Source: Patescibacteria group bacterium
GTDB lineage: Bacteria > Patescibacteriota > Patescibacteriia > UBA2591 > JAQUPP01
NCBI GenBank assembly: GCA_028716665.1
Contig: JAQUPP010000002.1
Location: 75,717 to 139,716, forward strand
Length of the DNA stretch: 64,000 bases
Direction: 5' to 3'
Shown: piece after piece, positions 48,440 through 57,851 of the stretch
Layout: each line of letters begins with the position of its first letter
How positions within the stretch are numbered: position 1 is the stretch's first letter
The notes under the pieces: generated by a model
Databases searched by the model: none
What the model was told of the DNA's origin: nothing
What the model saw: only the letters and a program-made list of their open reading frames with translations
Program-made: the position numbers and the translations under genes

Positions 48440-49330
48440 TTATTTTATCGGTTTGTGGGGTTTTACGAATAAATTTTGTTCATCCGGATTGCCCAAAGTT
48501 TTGTCCATCTCTTTTTCGTATCCGCCTAAGTCCTTCGTACTATTGATAAATTCTTCTATTTTTTCCAAACTGTCTAATTCGGGTTCTAAATTGAACCCTT
48601 TTTGTTTTAATTCATGCAATCTTTTTAGGGCAAATGCCCATGCATTTCTTTCTTCTATTGCCAATAATTTTTCATATTGGACAAATAGATTTTTTGACAC
48701 CGGGTACGATTCTTTTTCGTATTGAGGACAATAAAGCACCTCATTATTTTTAAGAGTTTTCCGTTTTTTTCCTTTAACAGCTTGCCAAGATCCCTCTAGT
48801 TTTAATTCTATATCAAGTATTTGTTTTTCAATTTTTTCGTCAATCCAAGAATGACCGATTTCATGAAATAAAGTAAGTATATTGCCTTTTTCCTTTAAAT
48901 CGCCGTAAAACAATACTTCAATTTTTCTGTATCCTCCTTCTTCTTTCTCGAATTCCATTGTTTCAAGCCCAAAAGTGTCTTCTTCCGGCAGGCCGTTATA
49001 TTTGGCGTTAGACAAATAAATTGTTTTTTTTGATAACATTTGATGGATAGATTCTCCGTCTCCATTTTTATTGAAAATTTTAATATCTTTGGTAATAAAC
49101 AATCCTTCTTTTTGTTTTTCGTTTTGAGCGGGATAATTAACCCTTTCAATATTAGAGGGTAATTTTTTATAGCAAATAATTTCTTGAACAGGAACACCGC
49201 CCTTAAGTTCTCCTTTAATTTCAAGGGTTTTTCCATTTTCAAGACTATTTAAATCAGCCGAAAGAGATTTTCTCTCCGGTATTTTTTGTAATTCAGGGGA
49301 ATTTGAAAATTCCATATTTCTTTCTCTCAT
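48440..49330 (-). CDS. hypothetical protein with an HExxH motif (LFHEIGHSW). Possible metallopeptidase.
   Basis: Motif only. Confidence 0.35.
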   Translation of the reverse strand: MRERNMEFSNSPELQKIPERKSLSADLNSLENGKTLEIKGELKGGVPVQEIICYKKLPSNIERVNYPAQNEKQKEGLFITKDIKIFNKNGDGESIHQMLSKKTIYLSNAKYNGLPEEDTFGLETMEFEKEEGGYRKIEVLFYGDLKEKGNILTLFHEIGHSWIDEKIEKQILDIELKLEGSWQAVKGKKRKTLKNNEVLYCPQYEKESYPVSKNLFVQYEKLLAIEERNAWAFALKRLHELKQKGFNLEPELDSLEKIEEFINSTKDLGGYEKEMDKTLGNPDEQNLFVKPHKPIK

Positions 49331-49411
49331 ATTAAATAAATTTTAGCATATTTTTTGAAAAATGTCAAATAAAATAGGCAGATTTTAAATCTGCCTATTA
49401 AATGGCGAATA

Positions 49412-49648
49412 TCAGTATGATTGTACTTTCAGCAATGGTTCTTTGACTGTTTGCGGGGGCATTTCTTGAAATTTAATTTTACATTTTTCACAATATAATC
49501 CATGGTCAACTTCATGAGATTGATTTTTTGAGCCGGGACCAAATATTGGCGGGCCGTTTTTGGGATTATATTCTGTTCTCACGTCGCGCATAATTCTTCC
49601 GCCGCAAATAGGACATTTACCATTTGTTGGATTAGCCATTTTTATCAC
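49412..49648 (-). CDS. small zinc-ribbon protein (CPICGG...CEKC)
   Basis: Two CxxC pairs. Convincing terminator downstream. Confidence 0.4.
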   Translation of the reverse strand: MIKMANPTNGKCPICGGRIMRDVRTEYNPKNGPPIFGPGSKNQSHEVDHGLYCEKCKIKFQEMPPQTVKEPLLKVQSY

Positions 49649-49653
49649 CTCCT

Positions 49654-50277
49654 TTAATTTAATGAACGATGATTTTTGATATGCCTCCAGATATATAAAA
49701 TTACAGCTAAAATAATTAAAACCGCGATTAATACATCAAAATTGTGAAATTTTTCTCTGATTAAATCCCAATTGTTTCCCATTTTAATGCCCAGCCAAGT
49801 AAATAAGGCACACCAAGGCAAAGCGCCGACAAAGGTATAAAAAGAAAACTTTTTAAGATTCATTTTAGAGATGCCGGCCGGAAAGGAAATATAGGTTCTG
49901 ACAATAGGCAAGAGGCGACCAAAAAAAACAGTTAAATCTCCGAACTTGGCAAACCATTTGTCCGCCATATCCAAGTCGTGTTTGGAAATTAAAATATATT
50001 TGCCGTATTTTTCAATCAAAGGGCGTCCGCCTTTAAAGCCAATCCAATAAGCCAGAAGAGAGCCGATTAAATTTCCGAATGCTCCGATTATCGCTACTAG
50101 CAGAAAATTCATTTTTCCCATAGCCACTAAGAAACCGGAAAAGGGCATAATTATTTCAGAGGGGATGGGGATACCGCAGCTTTCCAAAAGCATTAATAAA
50201 AAAACTCCGCTATAGCCGCTAAAGCCGATAGTTTTAATTATAATATTGGCCAGAAAATTGATAAAATCAGTAATCAT
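49654..50277 (-). CDS. DedA/VTT-family membrane protein
   Basis: Conserved DedA core (LLMLLESCGIPIPSEIIMPFSGFLV). Confidence 0.7.
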   Translation of the reverse strand: MITDFINFLANIIIKTIGFSGYSGVFLLMLLESCGIPIPSEIIMPFSGFLVAMGKMNFLLVAIIGAFGNLIGSLLAYWIGFKGGRPLIEKYGKYILISKHDLDMADKWFAKFGDLTVFFGRLLPIVRTYISFPAGISKMNLKKFSFYTFVGALPWCALFTWLGIKMGNNWDLIREKFHNFDVLIAVLIILAVILYIWRHIKNHRSLN

Positions 50278-50415
50278 ATTGATTTATTATAGCAGACTTT
50301 TAAATTTAAACAAATTGAAAATAAGTTTAAGTATTGACAGAAATTTAATTTTAAGATATTATGAATAAATATTTGCGGTACCTTAAAATAAAAAAAAAGG
50401 GGGGGGTGATAAAAA

Positions 50416-51203
50416 TGAATAAATTTTTATGGGGAATAATTATTTTATTTATTTTCAGCCAAGAAAGTAATTTATTCGCCGGTGAAAATAATCAAGCGGA
50501 ACGCGAAAATCTTTTTCAAGAATTAATGGAAAAAGATTTTACTCGCCAAGAATTGGAAAATATTTTTTCCGATAAACGTGTTGAGATTTATGACAGTTTG
50601 ATTGGTCCGTTTGGGAAAGAGAATGAAAAAAAGAGACAAAAATATTTGGAATTTCTTTTGTCTGACGCATCAGTCCAGGATGGTAAAACCTTTCTCCTGA
50701 CTAATGAGGCTATCCTTTCGGATGTTGAGAAAGAAATAGGCGTGGACAAAGAAATTATCGTTTCTGTTATGAAAGTGGAGACTGACTTAGGCCGGTACTT
50801 CGGCAATTATCGAGTCTTTAATGTTTATAACACTCTCTATTTTAAATCTCATTCTGTAAAGAAAAGAGAGTGGGCCAAACAAGAGTTGATCTGTTTCTTA
50901 GTTATTTGTAAAGAAAATGGATTTGATCCCTTGAGTATCTTTGGATCTTCAGCCGGGGCTTTTGGTTGGTGCCAGTTTCTTCCCTCAAGTTGGAAATACA
51001 CTTGTGACGGAAACAATGATGGCGTGATCGATTTGTTCAATTTTACCGATGCTGCTTATAGCACAGCGATTTTTTTAAGAGAAAGAGGCAAGTGGCAAGA
51101 AGGAAAGTGGAATAAAGAAGCGATCTTTAAATACAACAGAAGCTTGTTTTACGTAAAGACGGTTTATTTGTATGCCCAAAAAATTGGGTTTGATCAAAAA
51201 TAA
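50416..51203 (+). CDS. lytic murein transglycosylase (MltB/SLT_2-like)
   Basis: GAFGWCQFLPSSW motif. Signal peptide after ATG 50416. The track start at 50361 lies inside the promoter. Confidence 0.6.
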
Positions 51204-51315
51204 AAAAGCGGCTTTCTAAAAAAAGAAAGCCGCTTTTACATTGAATTTGACAAAAGTCGTAAATTTGTTATTATATTTATAGTTCTTATTAAACCTTAAA
51301 ATAAAAGGAGGGATA

Positions 51316-51786
51316 ATGATTATTCAATTAGGGCCATCAGCTATACCTTATAATAAGAGATTTCAATTTATGTGTTGTTGTTCTTATTATAAGCATCCGC
51401 ATGGTTGTCCAAATTTTGGTAAAAAATCTGATTGTCCGCCAAATTTGCCCTTGATTACCAAAGTTTTTGATTTCGGGCAAAAAATTTATTTAATTTACAC
51501 TGAATTTGATTTGGCCGCGCATGCCGAACGAATGCTGAAAATGCATCCGGATTGGAGTGAACATCAGATTTATTGCGTTCTCTATTGGCAGTCTAAAGCA
51601 AGGGTTTTTCAGCGGAAAGAAGAGGGGATGGCGATTAAACAACATGGTTTGGAATATATCTGTCGTTCTCCGGAAGCGCACGGTGTAAATATTACAGAAT
51701 TAATGAAAACTCAAGGAATCGTCTTGGAATGGCCGCCCAGAAAAATTACCCGTTTGGTTTCTTTAGGGGGATGGAAAATAAAATAA
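51316..51786 (+). CDS. hypothetical cysteine-rich protein (MCCCSYYKHPHGCPNFG...CPP N-terminus)
   Basis: Consensus promoter (51248) and strong SD. No known family recognised. Confidence 0.4.
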   Translation: MIIQLGPSAIPYNKRFQFMCCCSYYKHPHGCPNFGKKSDCPPNLPLITKVFDFGQKIYLIYTEFDLAAHAERMLKMHPDWSEHQIYCVLYWQSKARVFQRKEEGMAIKQHGLEYICRSPEAHGVNITELMKTQGIVLEWPPRKITRLVSLGGWKIK

Positions 51787-51849
51787 AGAGGTCAATAAAT
51801 TAATAAAATTGACCTCTTTTTTTAATGAAAATTCGTTTAAGATAAATTC

Positions 51850-52290
51850 TTAAAATTTTAGACAAATTTTAAGAATCCCCACGCAAATTAACCCCATCTC
51901 TGCTAAAATTAAAGGAACTAATAACCATTTCTTTTTCTCAATCTCATCAGTAAGATTAAAATCAATAATGGAGGTCATATAGACGATGACAAGAATGAAA
52001 CCAATGGTGATGGCGACTGCTGCAATAATGGAAGCAGTGGTTTTGAAAAAAGTGAAGACGGAAAAGAAAGTGAAATCAATAGCAGTGGCAGCGAATGCAG
52101 TGAAGAATGAAACGAAGAAGAATTTGATATTAGTAACAAAAGCAAAATAGACAGAAGCAATAAGGGTAAAAACAAGAACAAGGGCGAGGGCGATGATCAC
52201 GTCTTTGGTTAAACTAAATGTTATTGCAAAAAACCCGATTGCAAGAACAATCGCAGACAATACAGATAGACCCAGAGTTAATTTTTTCAT
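51850..52290 (-). CDS. hypothetical integral membrane protein
   Basis: Four TM helices. Shares its promoter/5'UTR with the 53437 gene. Confidence 0.45.
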   Translation of the reverse strand: MKKLTLGLSVLSAIVLAIGFFAITFSLTKDVIIALALVLVFTLIASVYFAFVTNIKFFFVSFFTAFAATAIDFTFFSVFTFFKTTASIIAAVAITIGFILVIVYMTSIIDFNLTDEIEKKKWLLVPLILAEMGLICVGILKICLKF

Positions 52291-52444
52291 TTTTCCTCCT
52301 TTATAAAAATAACTATTTTAAATTATAGATAAAATTAGAAATTTGTCAACTCTTTCATAAAGAAATTTTTATCTTTCTTTAAAATTATGATTTAAGTGGA
52401 TAATTGTCCTTGACAAAAATTAAAGAACTGATATTATATTTATT

Positions 52445-52720
52445 AACCAGTATAGATTGCAGTCCTAAAAAGTTAGAAAGTCTTCTCGAGGTGGGCGTCT
52501 TGAGAAGACCTATACACCCGTATCCACGCTGTAGTACTAACTGGTCACGCCTGGTGGATTTTCCATGGAGAATCCATTGGAAACGGAACGTAAGGTTAAA
52601 GTGGGTTATTAAGGGTCCCATATCGCCTATGTCATCCTTGGGGTCGCATAGCTACGAGCTCTAAGGTTCTGACATTTTAAAGCGGGGTTGGTCAACGACC
52701 ACCCCGCCTCTTTTTTATTT
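52445..52720 (+). ncRNA. candidate structured ncRNA of unknown class (GC-rich, about 275 nt, with its own promoter and terminator)
   Basis: TTGACA(52410)-17-TATTAT promoter. Roughly 48% GC against a 33% background. Internal hairpins. Rho-independent terminator at 52682-52725. The only ORF uses TTG inside the -35 box and has atypical codons. Confidence 0.4.
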
Positions 52721-52734
52721 AAAAAATAGTTTTA

Positions 52735-52884
52735 GGCTTGTTTCTTTTGTGACGGATTCGCCCTATTTGTATTTTTTATTGTTTTTCTTGCCTCTAGCAT
52801 TAATCTTTTTGCTACCAATCTTTTTTGGGTTTTATGGGAATGTGATTTTTTGTGTCTATTTAATCCCGTGCTTCTTTTTGCCAT
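52735..52884 (-). CDS. small very basic protein (50 aa, MAKRSTGLNRHKKSHSHKTQKRL...). Possibly a ribosomal-type small protein.
   Basis: Open frame immediately downstream of the cupin gene and ending at the terminator hairpin. Not in the ORF track. Confidence 0.3.
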
Positions 52885-52908
52885 ATAATATTTTTATTAA
52901 TTAGTTAA

Positions 52909-53307
52909 TTATTCTGTGGTTTTACCGTCAAATTCTTCGCCATTGGTTTCCGCCTCTTCTTTGGTCGCGCGGACTATGCCATCTTTATGATGAGCGGGGG
53001 AATAAATGGTATAAAGTTTTAAGTCCTCAACCTCTGACGTATTGATAACATTGTGTTTTGCTCCGGCGGGCACAACTATTGCGGTGCCATTACCGACTTC
53101 ATATTCATTGCCGTCAATAATCACTTTGCCTTGACCCGCTTCAAAGCGAAAAAATTGATCATTATCATTGTGAATTTCCATTCCAATTTCTTCTTTAGGC
53201 AGGAGACTCATCAGCACCAACTGGCTGTGTTTTCCTGTGTATAGAACTTTGCGGAAATTTTTATTTTCTAAAGTGTCTTTTTCAATATTGGCGTTAAATC
53301 CTTTCAT
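52909..53307 (-). CDS. cupin-domain protein
   Basis: Cupin motif GNGTAIVVPAGAKHNVIN. Confidence 0.55.
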   Translation of the reverse strand: MKGFNANIEKDTLENKNFRKVLYTGKHSQLVLMSLLPKEEIGMEIHNDNDQFFRFEAGQGKVIIDGNEYEVGNGTAIVVPAGAKHNVINTSEVEDLKLYTIYSPAHHKDGIVRATKEEAETNGEEFDGKTTE

Positions 53308-53436
53308 AAGTTTTAAAATTAATCAATTAAAATAAATTAATCTTTTATAACTATAAGTCTTCTATGTCATTTTGTCAATACTTTATCTTTTTAAAAAAAA
53401 TACCACCTCAACATTGTCGAAGTGGTATGATTTTAT

Positions 53437-53718
53437 TCAAGTGATAATTTTAAAAAGTTCTAATTTTACACAAGGATCAGTTAAGGATGGCCTATCATTA
53501 ACATTGGCAATAGTGTTGGGTGTAGTTTCTTTTTTTTCGAGCAAGGGACAATATTCTGGTCGACATGCAACTCTTTTTGTGTGATGTTTTGGTGCGTCAG
53601 GGTGCATACACAGAACTCCAAAATATGGCTCGCAATCTTTATAAAATGGACATTTTGTGTCGGGCCACGAGAAATCATCAGAATACCTAAATTCAGGTAT
53701 GTAGTCTTCTTTTTTCAT
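53437..53718 (-). CDS. hypothetical small cysteine-rich protein
   Basis: Strong SD. Promoter/5'UTR duplicated at 52291. Confidence 0.4.
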   Translation of the reverse strand: MKKEDYIPEFRYSDDFSWPDTKCPFYKDCEPYFGVLCMHPDAPKHHTKRVACRPEYCPLLEKKETTPNTIANVNDRPSLTDPCVKLELFKIIT

Positions 53719-53822
53719 TTTTCCTCCTTTATAAAAATAACTATTTAAAATTATAAATAAAATTAGAAATTTGTCAATACTTTATCTTTATCAAAAAAAC
53801 GAGTTAAAATAACTCGTTTTTT

Positions 53823-53897
53823 TGGGGTGGCTAACGGGATTCGAACCCGTGATAAGACTTCCACAGAGTCTTGTGTTACCACTACACTATAGCCACC
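53823..53897 (-). tRNA. tRNA-His (anticodon GTG, with G-1 and an encoded CCA)
   Basis: Manual cloverleaf. Anticodon loop ctGTGga. Extra 5' G. Confidence 0.75.
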
Positions 53898-53904
53898 ATG
53901 GGCT

Positions 53905-53978
53905 GGTACCCCCAAGAGGAATCGGACCTCTATGTTCAGCTTAGAAGGCTGACGTTCTATCCATTGAACTATGGGGGC
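53905..53978 (-). tRNA. tRNA-Arg (anticodon TCT, encoded CCA)
   Basis: Manual cloverleaf. Acceptor gccccca, anticodon loop ctTCTaa. Confidence 0.75.
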
Positions 53979-54023
53979 AATAAAAATTTAAAATTAAAAG
54001 ACAAATAGACTACGAGACATTTT

Positions 54024-54905
54024 CTATTTCATTTTTCTTAAAGCTTCGATGCGTTTTTGAATCGGCGGATGAGTGGAAAAAAGATTGGCCATTAAACTGT
54101 TTTGACCAAAAGGATTGGCAATATATAAATGAGCAGTGGCCGCCTCGGCTCTTTTTAAAGGTTGTTTATCTTGAGAAATTTTTTCCAAAGCGCTGGCTAG
54201 TCCCTCGGGATAACGAGTCAAAAGCGCACCGGAAGCGTCGGCTAAATATTCTCTTTTTCTGGAAACTGCCAATTTAATTAATTGAGCGATAATAGGCGAG
54301 AGAACGATTAAAACAATGCCAACGATTAAAAAAATTGAACTGCCATTATCTCTGTCGCTTCGGTCGCGATTGCCGGAAAATCCGGTTTGAAAAACTAAAC
54401 GAGCTAAAATATTAATCAGTCCGACCAAAACTATAACCAAGGTCATTAAGCGAATATCGTAATTTTTAACATGACTTAATTCGTGAGCGATTACTCCTTC
54501 CAATTCTTGATTTTCCAATTTTTGGATAATGCCCGTAGTTAAGGCGATAGAGGCGTGATTTGGATCGCGGCCGGTGGCAAAAGCGTTAGGCGACGAATCA
54601 TTAATAATATAAATTTTAGGTGTAGGCAGTCCGGCAGTAATGCAAAGATTTTCCACCATTCGATAAACATAAGGATTTTCAGATTTATTCAAAGGTTGAG
54701 CGCCTGAACTCCAAAGAGCCATTTTATCACCTGAATAATAACCGAACAAGGTGGTAAAAAAAGCGAAAAATCCGGCTATAATCAATCCCGCAGAACCGAT
54801 TGAAGTGTATTTGGAAACGATCCAGCCGATGAATAAAATAAACGCGCAAAAAATAACAATCAGTAAAATAGATTTATGTTTATTGGAATCAATTTCTTTG
54901 TACAT
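54024..54905 (-). CDS. htpX: HtpX-like M48 zinc metalloprotease
   Basis: HELSHVKNYD motif, N-terminal TM helices. Confidence 0.75.
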   Translation of the reverse strand: MYKEIDSNKHKSILLIVIFCAFILFIGWIVSKYTSIGSAGLIIAGFFAFFTTLFGYYSGDKMALWSSGAQPLNKSENPYVYRMVENLCITAGLPTPKIYIINDSSPNAFATGRDPNHASIALTTGIIQKLENQELEGVIAHELSHVKNYDIRLMTLVIVLVGLINILARLVFQTGFSGNRDRSDRDNGSSIFLIVGIVLIVLSPIIAQLIKLAVSRKREYLADASGALLTRYPEGLASALEKISQDKQPLKRAEAATAHLYIANPFGQNSLMANLFSTHPPIQKRIEALRKMK

Positions 54906-54929
54906 AAGTTTTTCGCATCTTACCTCAAA

Positions 54930-55883
54930 CTAGTTTTTTCTTTTTTTATCGTGGAAGGCCTGATAAACATCTTTTAAATGTTGGTCTGTGACGTGAGTAT
55001 AAATTTGAGTGGTGGTAATATTTTTATGTCCTAATAATTCTTGAACCGCTCTCAAGTCCGCGCCGCCGGCCAATAAATCAGTGGCAAAACTGTGACGCAA
55101 AGTATGGGTGGTGATTTTTTTGGTAATACCGGCTACTTTGGCGTATTTTTTAACCAGTCTTTGAATGGAGCGGGGAGTGAGGCCTGGTTTATTTTTTTGT
55201 CCTTTTTCTTTTTTCGCGCTGTCGGTTCCCGCTTTGTCGTGTCGGACAAAAACATTCGGTTCCATATCAGTCCGCGTTTCCAAATATTTTTTCAAGCAAT
55301 ATTTTGCCTGATTTGATAAAAACACCAATCTCCATTTTTTACCTTTTCCGCAAACACTGAAATCATCTTTTTTTAAATTAATATCATCAATTTTTAAATT
55401 AGTCAATTCTGAAACGCGCAAGCCGGTGGAAAAAAGCAGCTCCAAGATTGATTTATCGCGCAGTTTTATGATATCCGGCTGTTCTATTTGAAACGGCGCT
55501 TCAAGCAGTTTTTCCAAATCATCGCCCTCTAAAAAAGAAACTTGTCTTTCGCCGGTTTTTGCCAATTCAATTTTTTCCGGAGCATAAGTTTTAATGTCTC
55601 TCTTGGCCAGATATTTTAAAAAATTTCTTAAAGCGATTAAGTGATAATTTTGAGTGGAGGTGGAAAGGCCGCTTTCAGAACGTGAGTTTTTCAAGCGAGA
55701 AAGAAAAAGGCGGTATTGTCGGACAACATCCGAAGTTATTTCTTGAGGCGAATTGGCACCGGTTTGTTTTAAAAATCGTTCCAAATAAAATTTGTAATTT
55801 CTGACAGTTAAATCCGAAGAACCTTTTTCGATTTCCAAATGTTCCAGAAACTCAGTGATTAAATTTTTTAAGTCGTTTGCCAT
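54930..55883 (-). CDS. tyrosine site-specific recombinase (XerC/XerD family)
   Basis: C-terminal HTLRHSFATDLL...LGH...TQIYTHV catalytic motif. Confidence 0.8.
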   Translation of the reverse strand: MANDLKNLITEFLEHLEIEKGSSDLTVRNYKFYLERFLKQTGANSPQEITSDVVRQYRLFLSRLKNSRSESGLSTSTQNYHLIALRNFLKYLAKRDIKTYAPEKIELAKTGERQVSFLEGDDLEKLLEAPFQIEQPDIIKLRDKSILELLFSTGLRVSELTNLKIDDINLKKDDFSVCGKGKKWRLVFLSNQAKYCLKKYLETRTDMEPNVFVRHDKAGTDSAKKEKGQKNKPGLTPRSIQRLVKKYAKVAGITKKITTHTLRHSFATDLLAGGADLRAVQELLGHKNITTTQIYTHVTDQHLKDVYQAFHDKKRKN

Positions 55884-55913
55884 GTTATGATTATGACAAA
55901 TTCTTTAAATAAG

Positions 55914-56330
55914 TCAAGGTTTTGCGACGCCAGAAAAACTCTTTATTTTAATCATATATCCGATGGCTGCTCCCATTGAATCAATACCAATATCCATTAA
56001 AGAACTGACTCGGCCAAAAATAAATTTTTGGTGCCACTCGTCTGAAAAAGCGTAAAGAATGGAGAATAAAAGCGCCCAGAACATTTTTTGTTTTTTGGAT
56101 AAATTATCAAGCGCCCGAAATAACAGTAAAAATAAAATATAAAATTCTGCCATGTGAGCGATTTTTCTTAAAACAGTATCCCAAAATTCACTCAAAGAAC
56201 TTCGCAAATCGGGGATAGAGGAAAAATAAAAAATCAATCCGGCCCAAATAATAACCGGCAGCCACAAATTCAGCCATTTTTTTAATTTTGTCATGGTTTT
56301 AATAATATTGATTAAAACCATATTCGTCAA
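55914..56330 (-). CDS. VanZ-like membrane protein
   Basis: FSDEWHQ motif, TM helices. Confidence 0.5.
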   Translation of the reverse strand: MTNMVLINIIKTMTKLKKWLNLWLPVIIWAGLIFYFSSIPDLRSSLSEFWDTVLRKIAHMAEFYILFLLLFRALDNLSKKQKMFWALLFSILYAFSDEWHQKFIFGRVSSLMDIGIDSMGAAIGYMIKIKSFSGVAKP

Positions 56331-56341
56331 GTATTTATTAT

Positions 56342-56389
56342 TAAATTACTAAACGTTTTGGAGCGGCTGCATCAAAACGTTTAGTAATT
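56342..56389. promoter_or_regulatory. Perfect 17-bp-arm inverted repeat (aaattactaaacgtttt ... aaaacgtttagtaattt) in the divergent VanZ/DHH promoter region. Arms shared with the 26897 palindrome.
   Basis: Read directly. Confidence 0.6.
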
Positions 56390-56510
56390 TAATCTGCAAG
56401 AAATGTTGTTTTATAGATATAATAATTAGGTTTTTTTGGTGTTATTATGATTGACATAAAATCATTTTTTTAATATAATATTAATCATAGTTTAGAGTTA
56501 AATTTAATTT

Positions 56511-57851
56511 TTGTTTATGAATCAAGAACAAAAACAAGAACAAATATTTGATAGTCATAAATCTCAGCATGAAAAATATCAGGCCATTTTAGATGAGACC
56601 GCCAAAGAAATGGAGAAAATTACTTTTTCTCGAGCAGATAAAGAAGAAATTTCCGAACTTAAAGAATCTGAAGAAAAATTCAGAGAGAGTTCGCGTGAAT
56701 TATGGAAAGAATTTGCTGTTCATGGAATTTTGCGTTTTGATCACAAAGAGAAAAAAATAAAATTGCAGTCACATACTGATTTGGACGGAAAAACTTGTTT
56801 AGGGTTTTTGAAAATGGCAGGTTTTAACGTTGATAATGTAACTTATGTACCGCCCGGAGAATTTATTCCAGGAGCAACCAATTTAGATACCGGTATGAAA
56901 ACAGGAATAGTTGTTTCAGAAGAAGATGAGACTGCCTGGTTTGACCATCACGGAAACGAATCTACGGAAAAAAGTATTCCGGCTAGTCGTCATCTTTATT
57001 TAGGTCTTATATCTAAAGGTTTTTTAAAAAAAGATCCTGTTTTAGATAAATTATCTCAGTTTGTTTCCCGCGTAGATCGCGCTCAATATCCTGATGCCAA
57101 AGAACTTTTTACCATAAGCGATCGCACTGTTTTCGGACTTCAGAGATTTTTTAGTTTTGAAAATTTATATGATTATTTTCAGCAAGGCCGTTCGCCTCAA
57201 GAAATTCTTTCAGATGAAGATTTAGAAAAATATGGCCTTGTTCAAAGAAGTAATGAACAGAGAGGAGTAATTAAAAGTTCTTTAGAAACCATTGAAAAAT
57301 TAAAAGAAAATGGATTTGTTATTAAGACGAAATTCGGCGAAGTAGTGATTGATATAGATAAAAAAGTAGCCGGTGGTTATCAGGCCGTCAGAGCTGCCGA
57401 TTATGACGGTTATGTTTTATATTCTCCGCGATTTGAAAGTTTTTTTATTTCAATTCATCAGGCGGATTTGTCAAAAATTGATTTTTCACAGGGAAAAAAT
57501 ATTCGAGAGAATATGTGGATTAAACCGCAAGATGAAAAAAAACCTTTAACTATTCCACTTCGAGAAGTAATTGAAAAATTAGGCGGTGAAATTCCTAAAC
57601 AAGGATCTTTAAAGGAAACAACAGAAATGATTGATTTGCGTTTTAAAGAATTTATAGTCACTCCGCTAACTTCGCGTGATAAAAATAATGAAATTAAAAC
57701 TATCACCTGGGATCTGGGAAAATTGGCTATTTTCCCCAAAGATTTTAAATTTGATCCCGGTAAAAAATATAAGGTCAAAATCAAATTTGATTCCGCCCCA
57801 GGGGAAAGAAAAGGCTTTTATATTTTAGAAGTTTTAAAAGAAGCAGAATAA
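56511..57851 (+). CDS. DHH-family phosphoesterase-like protein
   Basis: HTDLDGKTC (DHH motif I/II-like) and FDHHGNE (DHH motif III). Confidence 0.4.
   Translation: MFMNQEQKQEQIFDSHKSQHEKYQAILDETAKEMEKITFSRADKEEISELKESEEKFRESSRELWKEFAVHGILRFDHKEKKIKLQSHTDLDGKTCLGFLKMAGFNVDNVTYVPPGEFIPGATNLDTGMKTGIVVSEEDETAWFDHHGNESTEKSIPASRHLYLGLISKGFLKKDPVLDKLSQFVSRVDRAQYPDAKELFTISDRTVFGLQRFFSFENLYDYFQQGRSPQEILSDEDLEKYGLVQRSNEQRGVIKSSLETIEKLKENGFVIKTKFGEVVIDIDKKVAGGYQAVRAADYDGYVLYSPRFESFFISIHQADLSKIDFSQGKNIRENMWIKPQDEKKPLTIPLREVIEKLGGEIPKQGSLKETTEMIDLRFKEFIVTPLTSRDKNNEIKTITWDLGKLAIFPKDFKFDPGKKYKVKIKFDSAPGERKGFYILEVLKEAE

Noticed and set aside
50361-50415. Upstream start for the lytic transglycosylase at 50361
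   Set aside because: This ATG sits between the -10 element and the poly-A/poly-G RBS. ATG 50416 follows the RBS and begins a signal peptide.
52404-52664. 86-aa plus-strand ORF in the candidate ncRNA region
   Set aside because: It starts with TTG inside the -35 hexamer of the promoter, has no RBS, and uses codons atypical of the genome. The region is better explained as a GC-rich structured RNA.
52400-52725. Identification of the candidate ncRNA as tmRNA, RNase P RNA or SRP RNA
   Set aside because: No tRNA-like 3' end or GGTTCGA T-loop (tmRNA). No GGAAAGTCCGG / ACAGAACCCGGCTTA P4 motifs (RNase P). No GGAAGCAGC domain-IV motif (SRP). The class is left open.
54930-55883. Xer recombinase as evidence of an integrated element next to tRNA-His and tRNA-Arg
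   Set aside because: It is separated from the tRNAs by htpX, has no direct repeats of the tRNA 3' ends nearby, and the flanking genes are housekeeping. More likely the chromosomal dimer-resolution Xer.
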